Shown here: positions 31,983 through 39,414 of the stretch, piece after piece
How positions within the stretch are numbered: position 1 is the first letter of the stretch
Layout: each line of letters opens with the position of its first letter
Assembly: GCA_963708065.1 (NCBI GenBank)
Contig: CAVPRZ010000009.1
Span: 28,702 to 92,701 of the forward strand
Source: an uncultured Chloroflexia bacterium
GTDB taxonomy: Bacteria > Chloroflexota > Limnocylindria > Limnocylindrales > CSP1-4
Direction of reading: 5' to 3'
DNA: 64,000 bases
Position numbers and translations under genes: made by a program
The notes under the pieces: generated by a model
What the model saw: only the letters and a program-made list of their open reading frames with translations
The model's database searches: none
What the model was told of the DNA's origin: nothing

Positions 31983-32915
31983 CTACGTGCCGAAGACGAG
32001 CGTCCCGCCCTCCCCGAGCCTCAGCGTCAGCTGGCCGCCCTCGATCGCGTAGCTCGATGCGTTGCCGAGCCCGACGACGTAGAGATCGCCCATCGAGCCG
32101 GGCGGGCAGGCGGCCAGCGTCGACGGTCCGGGCAGGATCGAGATCGACCCGCCTCCCGGTTCGAGGCCTATATCCGTGCGACCATCGCCGCGGTGTACCT
32201 CGTACGTCCCGCTGACCTGGTTGCAGTCGGCCTTTGCGTTGAACGTCCCGTCCGCCTGGAACTCGATCGTGTATTTCGACTGGTCCGCCTCGGGGACCAC
32301 GCCCTGGAACGCCGGCGTCGTCTCCGTGATCCCGGTCAGCTTCCACGTCTTGCCGAGCAGCTCGGCGGGCGGGCTCGCGCCCGGGGCCAAGGACGCCTCG
32401 GCGCTCGACTGGGCGCTCGACGGAACGGCCTGCAGCGGGCCGAACGTCATCGTGCCGCCGTCGGTCAGCGCGATCGTCAGCGTGTCGTTCGTCACCGCGT
32501 ACGTGGCGGCCTCGGTCAGCGAGTGGGCGAAGATCGATCCGAAGTCGCTGTCGGGACAGAACGCGAGCGTCGGCGCACCCGCGGTGATCGTCAGACCGTT
32601 TCCGCTCGTCTTGTAGGTCCCGGCGATCTGGTTGCAGGCGGCGGTGCCCGAGTACGTGCCGTCCGTGTTGATCGTGATCGTGTAGTCCGGCTGTTGGTAG
32701 GCCGGGACCACGCCCTGGAACGCCGGCGTCTTGCTGGTCACCGCGGTCAGGGCCCACGGCTTGCCGGTCAGGGTCGGTCCGCTCTGCTTGTCGGCGCTTG
32801 CTCCGCTGGCAGCGGGCGCCGACGCGGTCGTCGCTCCGGACGATCCGGCGCCGCAGGCGGTGAGGAGCGTCGCGGCAATCGCGAGGGCGATGCCGAACGG
32901 TGCGGTGAGTTTCAT
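31983..32915 (-). CDS. cassette 3 cargo: lipoprotein with two META (HslJ-like) domains
   Basis: MKLTAPFGIALAIAATLLTAC lipobox with AAGGGGGA 7 nt upstream. Two units of the form W.LT....P.FQGVVP......YTI.F..DGT..G.A.CN...GTY.... Confidence 0.8.
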   Translation of the reverse strand: MKLTAPFGIALAIAATLLTACGAGSSGATTASAPAASGASADKQSGPTLTGKPWALTAVTSKTPAFQGVVPAYQQPDYTITINTDGTYSGTAACNQIAGTYKTSGNGLTITAGAPTLAFCPDSDFGSIFAHSLTEAATYAVTNDTLTIALTDGGTMTFGPLQAVPSSAQSSAEASLAPGASPPAELLGKTWKLTGITETTPAFQGVVPEADQSKYTIEFQADGTFNAKADCNQVSGTYEVHRGDGRTDIGLEPGGGSISILPGPSTLAACPPGSMGDLYVVGLGNASSYAIEGGQLTLRLGEGGTLVFGT

Positions 32916-33107
32916 GCGGGACGTCCCCCTTGGCGGGTGGCGTTGTCGGTCGAGCCGACCGGGTCGGCGAACGCTGCCGATTGTCTGGGCGCCCGCCACG
33001 GCGCGCGATGGTGCCACTGCTCTAGCTGAGAATCCACTCTGAGCCCTCAAATCGCGTGCATGGATACGAGCATATATGGCCCACTCGAACGGCAGCCTGA
33101 CTTGCCT

Positions 33108-33197
33108 GAGAATCCCCGGGGCTACTGTCCGAACCACGCGACCGGCGTGAAGCTGCCAGATGACTTCGTGGTCACGCCGCTCCAGTACGTCGACTAG
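33108..33197 (+). repeat. R3: msrA 3'-end copy ([32 protein letters not shown])
   Basis: Direct alignment; TAG stop. Confidence 0.9.
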
Positions 33198-33277
33198 TCC
33201 TGCCCGCCCGAAGACGATGAGACCCTCCCGACGCCGGGAGGGTCTCTGTCATTCGGTCGAACGTTGGGGAACAAGGG

Positions 33278-34111
33278 TTGGACCAGGAATCGTTGCGCCG
33301 CGACATATGCTGGGATGAGATGACCGCGGCCCCGGATCCCGGACCAGACAACGAGGAGTTCTGGCGCAACTTCCTCACGCGTGGCGATGCGATGGAGCGC
33401 AAGGTCAGGCGTGTCTTCAAGCGCATCCCCCAGGGGCCGCGCTGCAAGTTGTGCGCGGCACCCTTCGCCGGCGTCGGTGCGCCACTCATGCGCATGATCG
33501 GGAAACGGCCCTCCGACAAGAATCCGACCATGTGCAATTCCTGCTTCGCCTTCATGGTTCGACACCACGGCGGTGCTGAGATCGAATGCAGCTTCCTGTT
33601 CGCTGACGTGCGCGGCTCGACCACCATCGCCGAGGGCATGTCCGCGACCGACTTCCGCAGCCTATTGGACCGTTTCTACTCGACGGCGTCTGCAGTCGTT
33701 TTCGATCACGACGGCAGCGTAGACAAGTTCGTTGGCGACGAGCTCGTGGCGATGTTCTTTCCGCTCCTTAGTGGTGAGCAGCATGCAGCGCGCACGGTGG
33801 AAGCCGCCCAGGCCCTGCTGGTGGCCACAGGACACGCCGATCCGGGTGGGCCGTGGCTGCCACTCGGCGCGGGGGTGCATACCGGTCCCGCGTGGGTCGG
33901 AACGGTGGGTGACAGGGCGCACGTCGAGCTGACCGCGCTGGGCGACACCGTCAATACGACGGCCCGGCTCGCATCGGTCGCCAAGGTCGGCGAGATCCTG
34001 GTCACTAAAGCCGCTGCCGATGCTGCTGGCCTAGATCCCGCGCTCGAACACCGATCTCTCGAGCTCAAGGGCAAGGAATTCCCCACACAGGTCGTTGTCG
34101 TCCGAACTTGA
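33278..34111 (+). CDS. cassette 4 cargo: class III adenylate/guanylate cyclase with N-terminal Cys4 zinc-ribbon-like segment
   Basis: CKLCAAPF...CNSCFAF, then ECSFLFADVRGST...KFVGDELVAMF...GVHTGPAWVG...LGDTVNTTARL. TTG at 33278; alternative ATG at 33320. Confidence 0.8.
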   Translation: MDQESLRRDICWDEMTAAPDPGPDNEEFWRNFLTRGDAMERKVRRVFKRIPQGPRCKLCAAPFAGVGAPLMRMIGKRPSDKNPTMCNSCFAFMVRHHGGAEIECSFLFADVRGSTTIAEGMSATDFRSLLDRFYSTASAVVFDHDGSVDKFVGDELVAMFFPLLSGEQHAARTVEAAQALLVATGHADPGGPWLPLGAGVHTGPAWVGTVGDRAHVELTALGDTVNTTARLASVAKVGEILVTKAAADAAGLDPALEHRSLELKGKEFPTQVVVVRT

Positions 34112-34185
34112 TATGACCGAGAGTGCGGGCGAGCCATACGAAAGCAGCTCTGCTAGCCCCAAGGCTGGCCATAATCTGACGCGCT

Positions 34186-34275
34186 GAGATTCCCCGGGGG
34201 TACTGCCCGGACCATCGGACCGGCGTGAAGCTGCCCGATGACTTCGTGGTCACGCCGCTCCAGTACGTGGACTGA
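34186..34275 (+). repeat. R4: msrA 3'-end copy ([32 protein letters not shown])
   Basis: Direct alignment. Confidence 0.9.
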
Positions 34276-34322
34276 ACCAACACCGCTCAACCGTGAGCCG
34301 GCCGGCCGGTTGACCGACTACG

Positions 34323-34943
34323 ATGCCGGGAGGAGGGCGTGAGATAACCGACCCGATCGCGGACATCATCGGCGACTACCGAGCGTTCGCGGCCCAGCAG
34401 CGCGACCGGTTGCTGGCGCGTGGCATCGACATCGCCCTGTACGCGCTCAGCCACCTCGCATACCGGGTGCCCGAGTGGGACCAGTACGTCCAGGTCCGGA
34501 CGCTCCTCGAGCGCCACGCGACCTCGAATCGGGAGAACGTCTGGAACGGCCGCCCGATCTCCTTGATCGTTCCCGCCAAGCCGCTCGAAGTCCTGGAAGG
34601 CCAGGTCGTCCCGCTCATCGAGCTCATCCCGCCCGTCCACCAGCGCGTCTACAAGATGGGGCTGGAGCACCTCGGCGTCGTGGTCGGCGACACGTTCGAC
34701 ACGTTCGTCGGAGCCCACAAGCCCGTCCTGACGGGCCAGCAGTTCCAAGGCCCGAACAGCACACCCGACCCTGTCTACATCCTGTTCGAGGACTTCACCC
34801 ACGTGAAGTTCTATCGACTGTCACTGCAGGCATCCGTCGAGATCGATGGTGGCCGGTTCGAGGACGGGTTCCACCACGTCGACGACTGGGTGCCCCAGCG
34901 GCTGGTCACGGCGACCGGCCCCAACCCCCTTCCCCGGGACTGA
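34323..34943 (+). CDS. cassette 5 cargo: VOC-fold, YecM-like metalloprotein
   Basis: LSHLAYRV, GLEHLGVVVGD and THVKFY are spaced as in YecM/VOC proteins. The assignment is from memory of the family, not a search. Confidence 0.55.
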   Translation: MPGGGREITDPIADIIGDYRAFAAQQRDRLLARGIDIALYALSHLAYRVPEWDQYVQVRTLLERHATSNRENVWNGRPISLIVPAKPLEVLEGQVVPLIELIPPVHQRVYKMGLEHLGVVVGDTFDTFVGAHKPVLTGQQFQGPNSTPDPVYILFEDFTHVKFYRLSLQASVEIDGGRFEDGFHHVDDWVPQRLVTATGPNPLPRD

Positions 34944-34978
34944 CGTGGCCGGGTGACCGACGCGACAGTAGTCTCGCG

Positions 34979-35074
34979 GAGAACACAGGCCCGGGAGCGT
35001 ATTGCCCGAACCACGCGACCGGCGTGAAGTTGCCGGATGACTTCGCGGTCACGCCGCTGCAGTACGTGGACTGA
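34979..35074 (+). repeat. R5: msrA 3'-end copy ([34 protein letters not shown])
   Basis: Direct alignment. It is the distal-most copy, so under an integration model it is the candidate ancestral 3' end. Confidence 0.9.
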
Positions 35075-35255
35075 CGCCTATCGGCGGGGTCCTGATCGCT
35101 GTCGCGCTGCTCAGCCAGCTGGCATAGCCGACCGGGCTTCGTCGGACCGTTCATGACACTCGATCCGTTTGACGGGCCGACCCCGCGGCGCCTAGGCTCA
35201 GGTCACGGGCGCTGCGCCGCATGCGCCAGGTTGCCCGAGGGATGGAGGGCTCGCA

Positions 35256-35513
35256 ATGATTCGGCGGATCACCGGGATCATCCTTGGAGTGGTGGCCTTC
35301 TTGATCGTGTACTGGCTCTCTGGCGGGACGGCGACACCGGCCACGCCGAACTGGGCACTGGCGATCCTCGTCGGGCTGGTGGTGGCGCTCATCTGGCCGT
35401 GGATCATGGGCCTGATCGTGGTCAGGCGCACTCGGCAGCGCCGCCAGAACGAGATCGACCAGGAGGTCCAGAAGCAGCTCGCGCAGCAGCAGAACAACCC
35501 ACCACCCTCCTGA
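35256..35513 (+). CDS. small two-TM membrane protein (85 aa)
   Basis: ITGIILGVVAFLIVYWL and ALAILVGLVVALIWPWIMGLIVV, followed by a basic/Gln-rich tail. Confidence 0.5.
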   Translation: MIRRITGIILGVVAFLIVYWLSGGTATPATPNWALAILVGLVVALIWPWIMGLIVVRRTRQRRQNEIDQEVQKQLAQQQNNPPPS

Positions 35514-35862
35514 TCCCCGGGCCAGGCGCGCCGCACAGCAGCCCCACCTGGCGGTCGAAGGTCGGCGCGTCGAACGGCTCGCGGTCGAGCGGCGAGGGCG
35601 CGAACGAGATGCCCCAGAAGTCGGTCGAGCCGACCCCCGGGTACCGGCCGATGATGTCGAGGTCGGTCTGGGTCGCGAGCTCCGAGCCCAGCCGGACGCG
35701 CCTCGCGACCGGGAGGTATCGCGGCACGTAGCGGGCGAGCTTCTCGACCGCCTCGTCCTCCGTCTTGCCGCCCCGTTCGAGACCCGGCCAGTCCGCCGCG
35801 ACGGCGACCCAGCGCTTGCCGCGCGTGGGCTGTTCGATGAGCACGCGAAGCCGGGACGTCAT
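35422..35862 (-). pseudogene. hypothetical protein, probably 3'-truncated or frameshifted
   Basis: The N-terminal 100 aa look protein-like (MTSRLRVLIEQPTRGKRWVAVAADWPGLERGGKTEDEAVEKLARYVPRY...). The last 45 aa are low-complexity and overlap the opposite-strand TM ORF. Confidence 0.35.
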
Positions 35863-35868
35863 CCCGCG

Positions 35869-36687
35869 TCACGCCCCGGTCGAGTCGCGCTCCCACGCGC
35901 GCCCGAGGACCCACAGCGCGATGTTCAGGGCGAGCACCCAGATGAAGAGCACGCTCAGGGCGATGGCGGCAAGCAGCAGGATCGAGCGGATGCTGTCGAC
36001 CGTGCTGTCGGCCTTGGCCTGCAGAGCGGCGAGGCTGGCCGACAGGCCGCGGACCGCCGTGGCACCGCCCGAGATCGCGTCCTTCACCGGGGTCGCGCGG
36101 CCCGCGAGGGCCTCCGCAACGGCGGCGCCCGGCTGGGCGTCCGCGAGGCTCGTCCACGTCGAGACGATCGCGTCGTCGATCGCCTGGATCTTGGCGTCAA
36201 CGGCGGCCAGCGTATCTCCCGCACCTTCAGGGACCCTTGTTCCGGGAATGATCCGGGCGATCTGCTGGAGCGTCGACATGACGCCGACCACGTTCTCGCG
36301 GGCCTCGGCGTAGCTGACGCGCGCCTCGAGATACCGGTCCGAGATCTGCCCCAGGCGGGCCTGCAGGTTCGACAGCCGGGCCAGGTCGGGGGTGCTGCTG
36401 GCAGCCAGCGCGGCGGCGTCCGCCCGCATCGTGTCGATCGCGGCGACGGCCTCGTCGAGCCGGCCCGCAACCGCATCGGTCGCCGTGATGGCCCGGCCGA
36501 ACCCGCTGTTGACGTCGTTGCCGAGGTCGTCCACGGCCCGGGAGACGGTCCCGAGCCCGAACCACACGGCGACGATGATCAGGGCGCAGATGACGACGCC
36601 GATGATGCCTGCGACCTTGGCCGCGACGGCCTTCCGCGGCGCGCGCTGGGAGGTGACGGGCCTGAACATCGGCGAGGTCTCGGACAT
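35869..36687 (-). CDS. membrane protein with N- and C-terminal TM segments and long Ala-rich helical ectodomain
   Basis: Internal ATG at 36687 of the 702-aa composite ORF. Contains VAGIIGVVICALIIVAVWFGLG and LLLAAIALSVLFIWVLALNIALWVLG. Confidence 0.6.
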   Translation of the reverse strand: MSETSPMFRPVTSQRAPRKAVAAKVAGIIGVVICALIIVAVWFGLGTVSRAVDDLGNDVNSGFGRAITATDAVAGRLDEAVAAIDTMRADAAALAASSTPDLARLSNLQARLGQISDRYLEARVSYAEARENVVGVMSTLQQIARIIPGTRVPEGAGDTLAAVDAKIQAIDDAIVSTWTSLADAQPGAAVAEALAGRATPVKDAISGGATAVRGLSASLAALQAKADSTVDSIRSILLLAAIALSVLFIWVLALNIALWVLGRAWERDSTGA

Positions 36688-36809
36688 GGGACGGTCTCGG
36701 ATGGGAGTTGGTGGGGCGATGATGACAGGTCCGGGCAATCGTCCGGCCCAGGCTGTCAGGCCCCGGGAGAGCAGCCTCCCGGGGCCTTGTTGACGCCCCC
36801 AGTCGGACG

Positions 36810-37977
36810 CTACTTGCGGCTGTTGTAGCTCGCGAGCCCTTGCCAATCGCCCCGAACCGCGTACGACGCCTGGGTCGGCCATGTATCGAGGCTCGAGGGT
36901 GGCAGCGCCCCGCCCTGCGCGATGATCTTGCGCAGATCCGAGGGATCGGTGTGCTCGAGCTCGGCGTAGGTCGTCACGCCGCCGTCGGACAGGATCGAGG
37001 AGATCCGTGGCCCGATCCCGTTGAGCTGGGTCAGGTCGTCGGGCGCCGCGGCCTTGGCCGCCTTCGACTTGCGTCGCGCCGCGGTGGCTCGGCTCGGAGC
37101 CTCGCTTGTTGTACTTCATCAGGCCCTGCCAGTCGCCCTTCGCGGCATAGGTCGCCTGCATCGGCCACGACGCCACATTGGCGGGCGGCACCATGTCCGC
37201 CTCGTGCAGCGCATGCCTGAGTTGCGGCTCGTTGGCCTCGGCCAGCGCCGCATAGGTCGTGATCCCCGCCGTCGCCAGCGCGTCGCTGGCCTTGGGCCCG
37301 ACGCCGGAGAGCTGGGTCAGGTCGTCGGCGGTCGCGGCTGGCGCCGCAACCGCAGCGGGCGCCGCCGCCGCGGCCGGCGTGGCAGCCTCAGCCGGCGCCT
37401 CCTCGGGAACTTCCACCTCGTAGTCCGACACGACCTCGGCGCCGCCGAGCTGCTCCACCGCCGGGTCGACGAGCGCCTTCAGCGCGGCTGCCTTCTCAGG
37501 GGGCAGCGTGCTCGAGATCAGGAGGGCCTTATCGGTCGTGAGGGCCTGCTCGATCATCCCGATGGATCCGGCCCAGTTGCCTTCATACAGGATGAAGAGG
37601 GCGCTCTTCCCCTTGTCGAGCTCCTTCGTGACCTGCCGCATGAACTTGTCGTCGATCCCGATGTCGTGCATGCGGTTTCGCAGCCCATTCAGGACGCCAC
37701 CCGCGGCGCCGCCGACGACCGCACCGGCCGGCCCGAGGACGATCGCGCCGACGATGACACCGAGCCCGGCGCCACGGGCGGCGCCCTTCGCGCCGCCGAG
37801 ATCCGCGGTCTGATGAACCTTGACCCGGAACCTGGTCCGGTCGGCGATCGCCGCATCGACGATCTTGACGTTGGGGTCGACCTCGTCGATCTCCTGGATC
37901 CGCTTCAGGAGTCGCCTCGACTGCTTGCCCGTGTCCAGCACGAACGCGGCAAGGGTCTGACCGTACTCGTCGCTCAT
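36810..37977 (-). pseudogene. DUF1269-like membrane protein fused to two helix-hairpin-helix repeats, frame break near 37090-37100
   Basis: Gly-zipper GAARGAGLGVIVGAIVLGPAGAVVGGAAGG. Repeat 1 is DDLTQLSGVGPKASDALATAGITTYAALA...WPMQATYAAKGDWQGL. Repeat 2 (DDLTQLNGIGPRISSILSDGGVTTYAELE...WPTQASYAVRGDWQGL) is in another frame and ends at TAG 36810-36812. Confidence 0.7.
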
Positions 37978-38346
37978 CTATCCAGTCTCCTCTCAGCAGG
38001 GACTGTAAGGCCCCACAGTTGTGGTTACGTGCATCTTGTCTCGGCTGGAATCAACGCATCGGACTCCACCAGTCGGATCTCGCCCTCGGGGTCGGCTTTG
38101 ACGAGGGCTGCGGGAGGTCAGTCACGTCGTGATCAGGGTGTTCGTGGCGCTGAGGCGCCCATCAACGGACAGTGACCGAGCCTTCAGACACCTCCTCCCT
38201 CGAGCCTGCCGGATGGCCATCTCCGAGGTGCGTGAGGCCCTCGAAAAGGTGCCAGGCGGACGTCCGACGATGCTAGGCTTCGGCGGCCCGCCATGCAACC
38301 ACGATCGGGCGCTCGGATCGGAGCGGGCATCGCACCGAACGGAGGG

Positions 38347-38883
38347 TTATCCGCCGGCCGCGGCAAGGATCGCCGCGAGATCGTCGACGTGGTCCTCGTA
38401 GTGCGCGGTCGTCTCGCTGAGGAAGAAGCGCTGGTGATCGGCGTGCTTGAGCCAGCGACTCTCGGGCACGACCGTGAGGTAACCGCGGAGCTGTCCCGGC
38501 AGCGTGCCGAATTGGGCGCGCAGGTCAGCCATCGAGAGCGCCGCCCAGCGTGCATCGATCTCGGCGTTCACGACCTCCCCGCCTCGCGTATCCCAGTCTG
38601 CGTCCGCGCGCTCCTTGGCGGGACTCGTCTCGTTCACTGCCAGCTCCGTGGCGACGGCGAGGGCGACATCGTGCCCGGAGAGCAGATGTCCCATCAGCTG
38701 GCGACCCGACCAGCCGTGAGCGCCGGCGACGGGGACGCCGAGTTGTTCGTCGCTCAGGTCCGCGAGCGCCTCGAAGGGCCGGAAGGCCTCGCGCTCTTCG
38801 TCGAGGAAGTCGAGTGCGTCGAGATACATGCGGTGCATCGTAGCCGCCACGACCCGGACCACCCTGACGGCGATGAATCCCAA
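38347..38883 (-). CDS. DinB-family protein
   Basis: WSGRQLMGHLLSGHD ... TTAHYEDHVDDL. The start is more likely the Met at 38838. Confidence 0.7.
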   Translation of the reverse strand: MGFIAVRVVRVVAATMHRMYLDALDFLDEEREAFRPFEALADLSDEQLGVPVAGAHGWSGRQLMGHLLSGHDVALAVATELAVNETSPAKERADADWDTRGGEVVNAEIDARWAALSMADLRAQFGTLPGQLRGYLTVVPESRWLKHADHQRFFLSETTAHYEDHVDDLAAILAAAGG

Positions 38884-38965
38884 CGACTATGGATCCACAT
38901 CGCGACGGGCGTGACGTGTCCGATCGGAGTCGGGGTGGATCCCGGGGCCACCTAGACTCGACGCC

Positions 38966-39322
38966 GTGGAACCTGCGGACTTCCTGGCTGATCATCCGGT
39001 CGCGTTGGCCGTCTTCGACCGAGTGCGATCGGTCCTTGAAACGCTCGGACCGGTCGAGATTCGTACGTCGAAGAGCCAGGTCGCGTTTCGGCGCAAACGC
39101 GGTTTCGCATACCTGTGGCTTCCCGGTCAGTATCTTGCCAGGCCTGGAGCGGAGGTCGTCCTGTCGATCGCGCTCGGCCGACACGACTCCTCGCCGCGCT
39201 TCAAGGAAGTCGCCCACCCGTCCCCGAACCACTGGATGCATCACCTCGAGATCACCGATGCCCGCGACGTCGACGACGACGTGGTCCGCTGGCTTCGCGA
39301 GGCGGCCGAGCGGGCGGACTGA
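38966..39322 (+). CDS. DUF5655 domain protein
   Basis: 118 aa; EIRTSKSQVAFRRKRGFAYLW...SPRFKEV...HHLEITDARDVDDDVVRWLREA. Confidence 0.7.
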   Translation: MEPADFLADHPVALAVFDRVRSVLETLGPVEIRTSKSQVAFRRKRGFAYLWLPGQYLARPGAEVVLSIALGRHDSSPRFKEVAHPSPNHWMHHLEITDARDVDDDVVRWLREAAERAD

Positions 39323-39414
39323 TCATTCGGCCCGGCAGCTGCACGGGACGTCAACGAGCGATGCCGTGTCGTCGTGGTCCACGGCCGAGTGTGGTGGTCG
39401 AGGGGGTCGAGGCG

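Larger units (their letters stand above)
29479..35074 (+). mobile_element. candidate cassette array / integration hotspot at the msrA 3' end (5 segments bounded by 6 direct msrA-3' copies)
   Basis: See the repeat features R0-R5. Segment lengths are about 0.53, 1.69, 1.40, 1.08 and 0.80 kb. Cargo is unrelated between segments and in both orientations. A hand count of one 120-nt sample in the fourth cassette gave about 62% G+C, lower than the flanks by eye. Confidence 0.55.

Noticed and set aside
29479-35074. CRISPR array interpretation of the six direct repeats
   Set aside because: The repeats are ~90 nt, protein-coding in origin and only about 80-90% identical. The spacers are 0.4-1.6 kb and contain genes. 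No cas genes are present.
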